Both the position numbers and the translations under genes were made by a program. A DNA stretch of 64,000 nt from Ruminococcus sp. (lineage in GTDB: Bacteria; Bacillota; Clostridia; Oscillospirales; Acutalibacteraceae), in contig JAXJYO010000048.1 of the NCBI GenBank assembly GCA_036306945.1, forward strand, positions 604 through 64,603. The letters are read 5' to 3'. Below are positions 18,501-26,724 of the stretch, in pieces (within the stretch, counting starts at the first letter, position 1; every line of letters starts with the position of its first letter). The notes under the pieces were generated by a model, which searched no databases, had not been told where the DNA came from, and saw only the letters and a program-made list of their open reading frames with translations.

Positions 18501-18796
18501 GTTACATTTGTCAACACAAGATTTGTATTGCTGTATGGGCGCAGGCTATGATTCAGAGTATATGTACCCGGCTCAACAGTAATTGTATAAACATTATTTG
18601 ATGTTGCTTTGTTTTTTGCTGTATTAAGTGCTTCCTGAATCGCATTATACGCACCCTTGGATTGGATAGAACTTTTGCTTACAGTAATTTTTGTTTCTCC
18701 GGTAGCGTTAACATACGAAGGTATCGCTATAAACGAGCTTAAAACAAGCGTGATTACTAAAATTTGAGAAATAAAGGATTTTAATTTCTTTTTCAT
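15599..18796 (-). CDS. Secreted right-handed parallel beta-helix repeat protein with six C-terminal Big_2-type Ig-like domains
   Basis: Signal peptide MKKKLKSFISQILVITLVLSSFIAIPSYVNA. The start is the ATG at 18796 behind a GAGGTG RBS; the track ORF begins at the GTG at 18805. A long N/G/S/T-rich region with beta-helix-like NxxI repeats is followed by repeated TLxxGxxYT...W.SSN..VATV...G.ITA...G.A.I Big_2 modules. Confidence 0.85.
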   Translation of the reverse strand: MKKKLKSFISQILVITLVLSSFIAIPSYVNATGETKITVSKSSIQSKGAYNAIQEALNTAKNKATSNNVYTITVEPGTYTLNHSLRPYSNTNLVLTNVTLTKSTSTNINLIHFGDIDEINSGATGYNAYKNINITNGTLDGKNGTNTLAKVGHASNVSFTGTTFKSNKVHLMEIAAVNGLTMKNCTFKDQEITQSNLTYEAIQVDILVKDHFIGYRAEDLPCKNITIDSCSFSNCPRGVGSHTSINNAPHTNINVTNCSFKNMGSIAVQFQGVQNCTITNNVIDYSPRAIAVYSVLNNGNGCYNASVLAKQGNTSAHTTDSYKTPTDAKITISDNVITRCGYFKDKYTSYVCSGISAIGYNVEKSTSTMTKGNYYLTGVNIFDNEIEVKGHGIRLANVRNTIADNNIIKCSENTNTPANYYGISGADGAAIQKISNNIITGAPVNGIFLNGESSISSINNNSVNSSGKYGIAIEKSKATSISENSIKNTVSSGIHITDSTAGSITKNALSGIGANAFNIVSSSTCNNLDNNIVTSCTNKYVNIGSNSSVSIGNTYYSDSTSSVALSNKALVINEGEKYTLSKTVLPADSLTTYVWTSSNNSVASVSGGVITAKKAGKTTITVKTFNEKSATCEITVKAAIKSSTVTLNTSKITLGVGESYTVKATTSPTGNDVTWSTSNSSVATVSEGKITAKSEGTATITAKTPSGYTASGTVTVKPAPSSVTTNPQSLILGVGESYTIAENTNSGTYANAANLKWSSSNTGVATVAKGSGNKATIKAVKAGTTNITIKLYNGKTATCKLTIKSAPISVTTNPQSLILGAGETYTISENTNSGAYANAANLKWSSSNTSVATVTKGSGNKAMVKAVGTGTANIKITLYNGKTATCKVTIKPAPSSVKTNPTSVTLGVGESYTISEGTNSGTYANAANLKWSSSDTSVATVTKGSGNKAKITAKGVGTAYVKITLFNGKTAQCKVTVKPAPTSVKLSKTSITLNKGQTYTISESTNSGSYANASNLKWSSTNSSVATVKKGSANKATITAKAKGTTYIKITLYNGKTVQCKVTVK
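15602..16633 (-). repeat. Four tandem 261-bp (87-codon) coding repeats (last unit 249 bp)
   Basis: Units are approx. 16633-16373, 16372-16112, 16111-15851 and 15850-15602. The first two units share about 83% amino-acid identity by manual alignment. Confidence 0.85.
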
Positions 18797-18899
18797 CTTG
18801 AACACCTCATATATTAATTATTGTAAAATAATATGGCATATATCGCTTTACATAAAAATAGTATACCATATAAAATGAAATTTAACAATAAGTTACATA

Positions 18900-18944
18900 A
18901 AAATTCCAATTCAAATTGTGTAGGAAAATTCCGATTCAAATTGT
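18900..18944. promoter_or_regulatory. Direct repeat AAAATTCC[A/G]ATTCAAATTGT x2 (25-nt period) upstream of the beta-helix protein gene
   Basis: The two copies (18900-18919 and 18925-18944) match at 19 of 20 positions. They lie about 100-150 nt upstream of the start codon. Confidence 0.35.
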
Positions 18945-18963
18945 AGATGATATCACAAACAAC

Positions 18964-19000
18964 AACGGCTAATCTCAACACAGATATGAGATTAGCCGTT
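18964..19000 (-). terminator. Hairpin downstream of the M23 peptidase gene
   Basis: 14-bp perfect stem AACGGCTAATCTCA/TGAGATTAGCCGTT. The T-tract on the minus strand is weak (GTTGTTTG). Confidence 0.5.
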
Positions 19001-19021
19001 GCTTTTATAAAATAGTGTGTT

Positions 19022-20617
19022 TTAGGAAACGAAATTAAGCGGGTCAAGTTTGTCTGAACCGTATCTTACCTCGAAGTGGAGGTGAGGACCTGTTGAGTTG
19101 CCTGTAGAACCTACATAGCCGATTGTCTGTCCCTTTGATACATACTGACCTGCTGACACTGCAATTGAACTGCAATGTGCATAGCATGTTGAATATCCGT
19201 TGCCGTGGTCTACGATTATGTAGTTGCCGTAACCGCCGCCGTCATTTCCTGCGAAAGTTACCGTACCGCCGTCTGATGCAACGATATCCTGTCCGTTAAC
19301 ACCGCTTGCCGCAATGTCAATGCCCCAGTGCATTCTGCCCCAGCGCCATGCATAATAGCTTGTGATGTTGTGTGTGTATGGCACAGGCCACATAAATGAA
19401 CCTGTTGATGTGCCTGAAGATGAACTTGATGATGAGGAAGAGGTTGTTGAACCTGATGATGAAGAGCTTTTCTTTGAGCCCTTTACAACTACTTCGTCAA
19501 CTGCTTCCTTTGTTACCTGTGAATCAATCTGAACTGCGTCTGTCTGAACGCCGTCTGTGTATGTTGTTCTTACGGTTACGATCTGCTCACCGTTTTTGCC
19601 CTCAGTCTTAACCTTTTCGTATGAAGAATCCTTTGAGTCATCATACTCGGTTTCTGTTTCGTAAGGAAGCTCTTTTGTGTATGTAATGTCTGTTGAAAGC
19701 GCAATTGAGAACTTTCCTTCAGCGGCACTCATTATCTCTGAAACGCTCATAAGCGGTTTTTCTGTAAAGCTTCCGCTCTTTACAACAACGTCATTTGCAA
19801 ATTCTGTTGTTGTTTCTTCGTCGTAATCAGCTCTGTAATCAATAAGTACCTTCTCAAGTGCTTCATTGAGTGCATTTGCATCAGTTGTTACACCTATCAA
19901 TTCGCCGTCAATGTAAAGACCTGTTGTACAGCTGTTCTGAATGCCGTCAACTGCTGAAATCGAGTCAATGGGGTTTGAAGCCTCATCGGCTGTCGATACG
20001 CTTAAAATGCTGTTAGCACTTTCGTAATAGTTATTGTTGTTGTTCTGTGTGGGCTCAGTTGTGTAAACTTCTTTAGCAGATGTAATTACTTTTGCACTCT
20101 TAACAGGGGCGTCAAGTGCGCTTGCAACTGTGGCACAAGAGAGTAGAACAATTGTCATACTTGCTACTACAGCGAGAATTGCCTTCTTTCTGAGAAGTGT
20201 ATGTGCACGGTTTCCTGTGTTAGATGCACTGTGCGCATACTTTTTGTTTGAGGCAAATGAAATGCCTGTAATAGCTTCTCTTGCTGAACTGCTGAACTCG
20301 TCAGAAATGCCTGTTCTGTTTTCAAGATAGCATTTGTCAATGATTGAAGGAGCCTTTTTGACCTTTGCAGTCTTTTCGGCTGGCTTCTTTGTGTTTGCCT
20401 TTGAATTTGACTTTGCTGTCTTTTCACCGATAAGCGAAACAAACTTTGAAACGTTTGTGCTTATCTCCTTTGCAAAATAAGAACCTGCTCTTTTTGCAAA
20501 GCGAACAGTTTTTTGAGAAGCAGTAAGCTGAGTTGTTCTTTTTACAACTCTTTTCTTTTTTGTTGAAAGACTTTCGATTTCATTGAAACCTTCCAAACCA
20601 ATGAACTTTGTCTCCAA
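19022..20617 (-). CDS. Membrane-anchored M23-family peptidoglycan DD-metalloendopeptidase with a G5-like domain and Ser-rich linker
   Basis: TTG start behind an AGGAGA RBS. It has one TM segment (AILAVVASMTIVLLSCATVASA) and a G5-like segment (KVKTEGKNGEQIVTVRTTYTDG). A poly-Ser linker follows, then the M23 motifs HWGIDIA and GPHLHFEV. Confidence 0.85.
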   Translation of the reverse strand: METKFIGLEGFNEIESLSTKKKRVVKRTTQLTASQKTVRFAKRAGSYFAKEISTNVSKFVSLIGEKTAKSNSKANTKKPAEKTAKVKKAPSIIDKCYLENRTGISDEFSSSAREAITGISFASNKKYAHSASNTGNRAHTLLRKKAILAVVASMTIVLLSCATVASALDAPVKSAKVITSAKEVYTTEPTQNNNNNYYESANSILSVSTADEASNPIDSISAVDGIQNSCTTGLYIDGELIGVTTDANALNEALEKVLIDYRADYDEETTTEFANDVVVKSGSFTEKPLMSVSEIMSAAEGKFSIALSTDITYTKELPYETETEYDDSKDSSYEKVKTEGKNGEQIVTVRTTYTDGVQTDAVQIDSQVTKEAVDEVVVKGSKKSSSSSGSTTSSSSSSSSSGTSTGSFMWPVPYTHNITSYYAWRWGRMHWGIDIAASGVNGQDIVASDGGTVTFAGNDGGGYGNYIIVDHGNGYSTCYAHCSSIAVSAGQYVSKGQTIGYVGSTGNSTGPHLHFEVRYGSDKLDPLNFVS

Positions 20618-20673
20618 AATAATTTCTCCTATCTCATTAACCGTTACATTTTTGTAACAAACTCAACGATATA

Positions 20674-20701
20674 ATTATAACAAATTGTAACGATTTTGCA
20701 A
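20674..20701 (-). promoter_or_regulatory. SigA-type promoter (extended -10) for the M23 peptidase gene
   Basis: The minus strand reads TTGCAA, a 16-nt spacer, then TGTTATAAT. It lies about 55 nt upstream of the TTG start. Confidence 0.5.
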
Positions 20702-20726
20702 TAAGAGAAATAAAAATCGTGATATT

Positions 20727-20774
20727 AAATATAAAACAAAGTGCATTTTGTCGTATTGCTCAGACAAAATGCAC
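20727..20774 (-). terminator. Rho-independent terminator after luxS
   Basis: 12-bp stem GTGCATTTTGTC/GACAAAATGCAC, then TTTGTTTTATATTT on the minus strand. Confidence 0.7.
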
Positions 20775-20788
20775 AATATTTCTTCAAA

Positions 20789-21244
20789 TTAATTATACTG
20801 TAAGTTATCAACTGAATAATCAATCAACAGATTGTAATATTCCTTTAAAGCAGAATTTGCACCGTTTATGTCGTGTTCTTTGTAATTTCCGCACTCTGCA
20901 GCCGTTGTTCCGGGGATATCTCCGGTGTGCTCAGCACACTTTTTGATGGTGTCTTTGATAAGCTTGAGAGCCTGCTCCTGACTCATATCTCTGACAAGAA
21001 AATAAAATCCTGTTCGACATCCCATAGGGCCAAAGTAAATTACCTTGTCGGCAAACTCGCTGTTGCGTGCGTAGGTTGCAAAAAGATGCTCGATTGTGTG
21101 CATAACAGGATTGGGGAGAAACGGAGGTGTGTTCGGTTTCACAAATCGCATATCATATGTTGTGATATCACCGTCGATTCTTGAAACATAGACTCCCGGC
21201 TCAAGTGTGTCGTGATTGATCGTAAAGCTTGCTATCTTTTTCAT
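20789..21244 (-). CDS. luxS: S-ribosylhomocysteine lyase (AI-2 synthase)
   Basis: 151 aa with the metal motif HTIEHL and GCRTGFY. Confidence 0.95.
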   Translation of the reverse strand: MKKIASFTINHDTLEPGVYVSRIDGDITTYDMRFVKPNTPPFLPNPVMHTIEHLFATYARNSEFADKVIYFGPMGCRTGFYFLVRDMSQEQALKLIKDTIKKCAEHTGDIPGTTAAECGNYKEHDINGANSALKEYYNLLIDYSVDNLQYN

Positions 21245-21271
21245 AATATCAGTCCTTATACATTATATATG

Positions 21272-22177
21272 TTAATCGTAGTCTGCCACATTTGTGAAGC
21301 AAATGTTGAGGTCAACGGCACCGTCTATTCCGTCAACAGTTCCGCTTGCTGAATACTGCCACATTGAGAACTCATAATAGAATGTAGGAACATTTGCATA
21401 TTCGCAGTACCAGATATCAATATCCGAAAGACGTGACAAATCGTATTTGAAATAAAGTTCTCTGCTAGGGGAGTAGAGCATCGGAGTATAGCCGTGTTCT
21501 TTTATTCTGTCGCAGAAAGCCCTTGCACATTCAGTAGCCTGTGCCGCAGAAACGCTGTCGGTTCGTGCTTCATCGTCCTTGATAATTTCCCAGTCGTATG
21601 CAACAGGAAAGTCAAGCTTGATGTCGCCTAAAATTTCTTTGACATAGTCAGCCTCTTCGATGGCTTCCGCAGTGGTGACAGCCTGTGAAAAGAAATATGC
21701 TCCAACTTTGATGCCTACATCTTTTGCACCGTTGATGTATTCAATGGCTTTGTCGTCCGGGTACATTTCACCTGCGTCGCCGTAGCCTCTGCCTCCGACT
21801 CTGATGATTGCAAAGTCAATTCCGCTTGCCTTGACCTTTTCCCAGTCAACGTCACCGCTGTAGGAGGAAATATCAATGCCCTCAAGCGATGCCGCCTTTC
21901 CGTTTTCGTTATAATACTTGAAATTTACATCGGCAGTAAAATTATCATTGTTAAGCGTGTTAACGGGAACTCCCTCAAGCTCCGTTATCCAGATTTCACC
22001 GAGAGTGCTGTCATTGATATGTATTTTTTCTCCCGTAGTTTTTACTGTTGTATCTGTTGCCTCGACAGCCTGAGTTTCAGCAGTTGAGTTTTGCTCGGAA
22101 GATTCGTCCGAACATCCGCATAACAACGCTGAAAACATAGTTAATGCCGCCAAAGACAGGCATAAAAATCTTTTCAT
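21272..22177 (-). CDS. GH25-family muramidase (lysozyme), lipoprotein
   Basis: Lipobox LLCGC, and the GH25 signature GIDISSYSGDVDWEKVKASGIDFAIIRVG. Confidence 0.85.
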   Translation of the reverse strand: MKRFLCLSLAALTMFSALLCGCSDESSEQNSTAETQAVEATDTTVKTTGEKIHINDSTLGEIWITELEGVPVNTLNNDNFTADVNFKYYNENGKAASLEGIDISSYSGDVDWEKVKASGIDFAIIRVGGRGYGDAGEMYPDDKAIEYINGAKDVGIKVGAYFFSQAVTTAEAIEEADYVKEILGDIKLDFPVAYDWEIIKDDEARTDSVSAAQATECARAFCDRIKEHGYTPMLYSPSRELYFKYDLSRLSDIDIWYCEYANVPTFYYEFSMWQYSASGTVDGIDGAVDLNICFTNVADYD

Positions 22178-22257
22178 TTCAATAACTCCATTTCCTTATT
22201 TATTAAAAGCATATCATATTTTTATTTTTATGTAAACAAAATAAGTCGAAATTTGTA

Positions 22258-22286
22258 TTGAAAATAATGTGAATATTAAGTATAAT
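22258..22286 (+). promoter_or_regulatory. Consensus-like SigA promoter upstream of the small ORF
   Basis: TTGAAA (22258-22263), a 17-nt spacer, then TATAAT (22281-22286). Confidence 0.5.
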
Positions 22287-22363
22287 ATAAACCAATGGTA
22301 AAAAGTAAGTATGCTCTTTTTTTACTGTGTAACGTTTGGTTGCAGAAAGACAGGTGATGATGA

Positions 22364-22672
22364 GTGAAAAGCGTTGGTGTCAGCGGTTATAAAAGAAAAA
22401 ATAAAGAACAACTGCTCAAAGAAATTGATGCTTGTAAGTCATTGAGTCAGCTTTTTGCTCTTATCCAGCATGAGGGTATAGTGCTTCAGATGCACAGTCA
22501 GAGCGGAGCGTCAAATCTTGTCCAAAGACAGCTTAGCCCAAGGGAGATAATCGACAGAAAGGATACCCCCTTTGAAAGACTAAGGGCTGAAGTCAAAAAA
22601 GCTGTTGAGGCACAGCATAACAGGGGAGAGGCTACTCCTGAAAAGTCAGATAACAAGCCGAAATACAAATAA
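22364..22672 (+). CDS. Hypothetical small charged protein (102 aa)
   Basis: GTG start 6 nt after an AGGTGA RBS. The composition is protein-like and helical/charged. I recognise no family. Confidence 0.4.
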   Translation: MKSVGVSGYKRKNKEQLLKEIDACKSLSQLFALIQHEGIVLQMHSQSGASNLVQRQLSPREIIDRKDTPFERLRAEVKKAVEAQHNRGEATPEKSDNKPKYK

Positions 22673-22853
22673 TTATTTCGATTTTGTTACAATTATAACA
22701 AACAAGTGACATTTACTTCGCAATAAGCAAATAAAATGTCAAAAGATTATTATTTTTTTGTACTTGAAACACTTTATTTTTGCACTATTTTGTTATATAC
22801 TTATTATAAATCATTTCCTATGATTTGGAGTAATTGGTGAAAGAGGGATAATA

Positions 22854-24350
22854 ATGAAAGCAAAGTTCAGAAGAGTATTATCAGCATTACTTGCAATAGT
22901 AATGGTATCGACAGTTATGTTGTCGATGGATGTAAGTGCATTTGCGGCGGAAGTTGATTCGGTTGCAGTTGAGGAAACTACTCCTACAGTAGAGCCTGTT
23001 GGAACTGAGTCTGCAACTCAGCCTTCCACAGAGCCTACAGAAGCTCCGACAACACAGCCTGCAACAACACAGCCGACAACTCAACCTACTACAATGCCTT
23101 CAACAGTTCCTGCGCCTGTAGTCGGCACTGTAAAGAACATTGTAAAAACAAGCTTCCTTACAGATAAGATTACACTCGAGTGGGATAAGGTGAGCGGTGC
23201 ATCAGGCTATTATATTTATTATCGTAATGCAGACAAGACAAATACATATACAAAGGTTGCAGATGTAAAAACAAACAGCTGTACAATTTCAAAACTTTCG
23301 CACACAACACAGTATCATTTTAAGGTTTCTGCTTATGTAACACAGAACGGTACAAAGTACGAGGGCAAGGCTACAGTAAAGAAAACTGCTACTCAGCCGG
23401 GCAAAGCAACAGTAAGTATGGTACGTTCTTCAAGCGTTATCGAGTTCAAATGGAACCGTAATTCACTTGCAACAGGATATAAGATTTATCGTGCAAGCGG
23501 AAGCACAAACGGCAAATATGTTCTTTACAAAACAATCAAGAACAACAAGACAACTTCTTTTGCGGATACAAATGTTCAGAAGGGTAAAGCTTACTATTAC
23601 TGTGTAAAGCCTTACAGAGAGCTTTATAACACTTCCTACACAGCTCCAAGCTCTGATATCAAGTTTATCTGCGGAATGAGTGCACCGAATTATTCGATGA
23701 CAACACAGCTTTCAAGAGTCAGCCTTACTTGGAATAAAAACAAGTATGCTACAGGTTATGATATCTATTATGCTACTTCCAAGAACGGCACTTATAAGAA
23801 GCTCGGCACAACTAAGAACGATTATTTCAACACAGTAAAGCTTACAAACAACAAGACATATTATTTCCGTGTTCAGCCTTATAAGCTCAACGGTGCGTAT
23901 AAAACAAAGGTTGTGGGAACTTATTCTACAAAGTCAATTAAGGTTACTAATAAGGCTTACGGCCAGACAATAGGCGATACTTATATTGAAATCAGTATCA
24001 AGCAGCAACATATGTGGTTGTACTACAAGGGCGACCTCTATTGTCACACAGATGTAGTTACAGGTAACAATGACGGCTATCATAACACACCAAAGGGTGT
24101 GTACAGCATCTTCCAGCGCACAAGAAACACTACTCTCGTAGGTGCAGGTTATGCGTCACACGTTGACTATTGGCTCGCATTTACATATTCGGGAGTAGGT
24201 ATTCACGATGCAAGCTGGCGTTCAAACAGCGAGTACGGCGGAAACACCTACAAAGGCAACGGTTCACATGGTTGCGTAAACACACCTTATAATGCAGTTA
24301 AGAAGATTTATAACAAGGTTTCTATCGGCACAAAGGTTGTAGTTTATTAA
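22854..24350 (+). CDS. Secreted L,D-transpeptidase (YkuD domain) with T/P-rich linker and Fn3-like repeats
   Basis: Signal peptide, then a TQPxTT linker. Three to four repeated modules follow (GY.IYR......Y..L....N..T.F.D......Y.Y.V.PY). The C-terminal YkuD catalytic motif is GIHD...SHGCVNT. Confidence 0.85.
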   Translation: MKAKFRRVLSALLAIVMVSTVMLSMDVSAFAAEVDSVAVEETTPTVEPVGTESATQPSTEPTEAPTTQPATTQPTTQPTTMPSTVPAPVVGTVKNIVKTSFLTDKITLEWDKVSGASGYYIYYRNADKTNTYTKVADVKTNSCTISKLSHTTQYHFKVSAYVTQNGTKYEGKATVKKTATQPGKATVSMVRSSSVIEFKWNRNSLATGYKIYRASGSTNGKYVLYKTIKNNKTTSFADTNVQKGKAYYYCVKPYRELYNTSYTAPSSDIKFICGMSAPNYSMTTQLSRVSLTWNKNKYATGYDIYYATSKNGTYKKLGTTKNDYFNTVKLTNNKTYYFRVQPYKLNGAYKTKVVGTYSTKSIKVTNKAYGQTIGDTYIEISIKQQHMWLYYKGDLYCHTDVVTGNNDGYHNTPKGVYSIFQRTRNTTLVGAGYASHVDYWLAFTYSGVGIHDASWRSNSEYGGNTYKGNGSHGCVNTPYNAVKKIYNKVSIGTKVVVY

Positions 24351-24369
24351 TAATTAATTACAGAATAAA

Positions 24370-24409
24370 ATAGGCTGTCGCAAAGCAGAAAAGTTTTGCG
24401 ACAGCCTAT
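24370..24409. terminator. Bidirectional rho-independent terminator
   Basis: 15-bp perfect stem ATAGGCTGTCGCAAA/TTTGCGACAGCCTAT between convergent genes. It shares the 12-mer GGCTGTCGCAAA with the terminator at 15548-15590. Confidence 0.7.
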
Positions 24410-24415
24410 AAAATT

Positions 24416-25207
24416 TTATTGAGTAGTTGAACTTGCAGTGGTTTCCTTTGCACACATCTTGCCCTGAACATCGGTGTAGTATTCACCTTTGAGCAAAATT
24501 TGTGAAATAGGCACGATCTCATATCCCTTTTCAAGAATACCTTCAATCACCATAGGCAGTGCCTCGGGAGTGTTAGTAGCACCGTTGTGCATAAGTATAA
24601 TGCTTCCGTTGGTGATTTTGTCAACGACGTTTTTTGTGATTTGCTCAGGTGTTGGGTCTTTCCAGTCGAGTGAATCGACGTCCCACTGAACGCAGTACAT
24701 TCCGCAGCCGTTTACCGATTTCACAACATCGTTGTTATAGTCACCGTACGGTGCACGGAAAAGGGTAGGGGATTTGCCTGTGATTTTCTTGATTTTTTCA
24801 TTGCAGGACTGAATCTGTCCCGTCATATCAGCAGTTGAGAGCTGTGTCATATACGGGTGAGTGTTGCTGTGATTTTCAACATCGTGTCCCTTATCGGCAA
24901 TGGCTTTGACATCATCGGGGTATTTGTCAACCCAATCTCCTACGAGAAAAAATGTGGCTTTGATATTGTACTTATCAAGAATTTCAAGAAGCGTGGTTGT
25001 CTGTTCATTTCCCCATGCGGCATCAAAGGACAGCGCAACCTGCTTTTTGTCGGTATCGACGCAGTATATGGGGATTTCACGGTCAGTTGAAGCCGTCTGA
25101 ACAGCCCTGACACTTGATGTAATTGCAATCGTTGCCGCTAAAACTCCGATTATAAGACAAAAACCTATTGATATTAGACTACGTTTGGTAAGTATTAATA
25201 AACGCAT
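24416..25207 (-). CDS. Polysaccharide deacetylase family protein (NodB homology; PdaB-like)
   Basis: N-terminal TM anchor, and NodB motifs FDAAWG, HSNTHP and FRAPYG. Confidence 0.85.
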   Translation of the reverse strand: MRLLILTKRSLISIGFCLIIGVLAATIAITSSVRAVQTASTDREIPIYCVDTDKKQVALSFDAAWGNEQTTTLLEILDKYNIKATFFLVGDWVDKYPDDVKAIADKGHDVENHSNTHPYMTQLSTADMTGQIQSCNEKIKKITGKSPTLFRAPYGDYNNDVVKSVNGCGMYCVQWDVDSLDWKDPTPEQITKNVVDKITNGSIILMHNGATNTPEALPMVIEGILEKGYEIVPISQILLKGEYYTDVQGKMCAKETTASSTTQ

Positions 25208-25263
25208 AAAATCCCCTCCACTTGATTATATGAAGGGGATTTTTAATTATTACTTAACTATAA

Positions 25264-26676
25264 TTAATTTTCAATATGCCACTTGATGCCGTCTTTGGTG
25301 TCCTCAATAACAACATCCATTTCCTTGAGTTTATCTCTGATTGCATCAGCAGTAGCCCAGTCTTTTTCTGCACGAGCCTGTGTGCGTTTTGCAATAAGTT
25401 CTTCAATTTCAGCGCTGAGAGCTGAGTCAGTTTCGGAAGTTTCACCTTCATCAGCTTTTGCTGTTGTGAGGTCAAGTGAGAGCACTTTGTCAATTTCTGC
25501 AAGCACATAAAGCTTTGTCGCATCGTCAGTATCAGCCTTCAAAACGTCGTAAACACTTGTAAGACCGAGAGAAGTGTTGAGGTCGTTATCGAGAGCTTCT
25601 TTGAATGTACCGATAAGTTCTTCAGCCTTAGCCATATCAGGTTCGCCTTCTGCCTTGAGTGAAGAAATCTTCTTAATAAGCTTGTCATAAGCTTTTGATG
25701 TGTTGTCAAGGCTTTCATAAGAGAAAGTCAAAGGCTTGCGATAGTGGCTCTGTAAGCAGAACATTCTGTAAACAAGCGGATTATAGCCCTTGCTTTCAAG
25801 AAGAGAAACTGTGAGGAAGTCGCCCTTTGATTTGCTCATTTTGCCTCTTGCATCGTTGAGATGAAGAACGTGGAACCAATAGTTGCACCATTTGTGACCG
25901 AGATAAGCCTCGCTCTGTGCAATTTCGTTTGTATGATGAGGGAAAGCATTGTCAATACCGCCGCAGTGAATGTCAAGATATTCGCCGTTGTGCTTGTTGC
26001 TTATGCAAGAGCACTCGATATGCCAACCCGGATAACCGAGTCCCCAAGGACTTTCCCATTTAAGTTCCTGTGAATCGAATTTTGACTTTGTAAACCAGAG
26101 CACAAAGTCAGCCTTGTTGCGCTTGTTTTCGTCCTCTTCAACACTGTCACGAACGCCTACGGCAAGGTCGTCCTCGTTCATATTTCCAAAAACATAGTAA
26201 GTTTCAAGCTTTGAAGTATCAAAATATACGTTTCCGCCTGCAATGTAGGCATAACCTTTTTCGAGCAGGACAGAAATCATCTCAATAAAGCTGTCAATAC
26301 AGTTTGTTGCAGGCTCTACAACGTCAGGACGCTTGATATTGAGCTTTTCACAGTCAGCGAAGAAAGCGTCTGTGTAGAACTTTGCAATCTCAAGAACAGT
26401 TTTGTGTTCTCTCTTTGCACCTGCAAGCATCTTGTCCTCGCCTGTGTCAGCATCGCTTGAAAGGTGACCTACGTCAGTGATGTTCATTACACGGTTTACG
26501 TCGTATCCTGCAAAACGGAGATACTTTTCAAGCACATCCTCCATAATGTAGGTTCTGAGATTTCCGATGTGAGCGTAGTGATAAACAGTAGGTCCGCAGG
26601 TGTACATATTTACTTTGCCTTCTGTGTGAGGAACAAATTCCTGCTTGGTCTGTCCGAGAGAGTTATATAAAATCAT
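25264..26676 (-). CDS. cysS: Cysteine--tRNA ligase
   Basis: 470 aa with the HIGH motif AHIGN and KMSKS. Confidence 0.95.
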   Translation of the reverse strand: MILYNSLGQTKQEFVPHTEGKVNMYTCGPTVYHYAHIGNLRTYIMEDVLEKYLRFAGYDVNRVMNITDVGHLSSDADTGEDKMLAGAKREHKTVLEIAKFYTDAFFADCEKLNIKRPDVVEPATNCIDSFIEMISVLLEKGYAYIAGGNVYFDTSKLETYYVFGNMNEDDLAVGVRDSVEEDENKRNKADFVLWFTKSKFDSQELKWESPWGLGYPGWHIECSCISNKHNGEYLDIHCGGIDNAFPHHTNEIAQSEAYLGHKWCNYWFHVLHLNDARGKMSKSKGDFLTVSLLESKGYNPLVYRMFCLQSHYRKPLTFSYESLDNTSKAYDKLIKKISSLKAEGEPDMAKAEELIGTFKEALDNDLNTSLGLTSVYDVLKADTDDATKLYVLAEIDKVLSLDLTTAKADEGETSETDSALSAEIEELIAKRTQARAEKDWATADAIRDKLKEMDVVIEDTKDGIKWHIEN

Positions 26677-26724
26677 TTTGATTACTCCTTGCTTTTACGT
26701 TGTTTATGATTTATTTATAAAAAT

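Noticed and set aside
19390-19460. The Ser-codon-rich low-complexity DNA in the M23 peptidase linker as a phase-variable simple sequence repeat.
   Set aside because: The codons are mixed (TCA/TCT/AGC/ACC on the coding strand) rather than a perfect homopolymer or short tandem repeat. Slippage-based phase variation is therefore unlikely.
22178-22736. A possible long minus-strand leader or antisense RNA for the GH25-luxS genes, driven by the promoter-like block at 22690-22727.
   Set aside because: The -35/-10 spacing in that orientation is about 20 nt. The region carries a plausible plus-strand ORF with its own consensus promoter and RBS. I saw no structured RNA signature.
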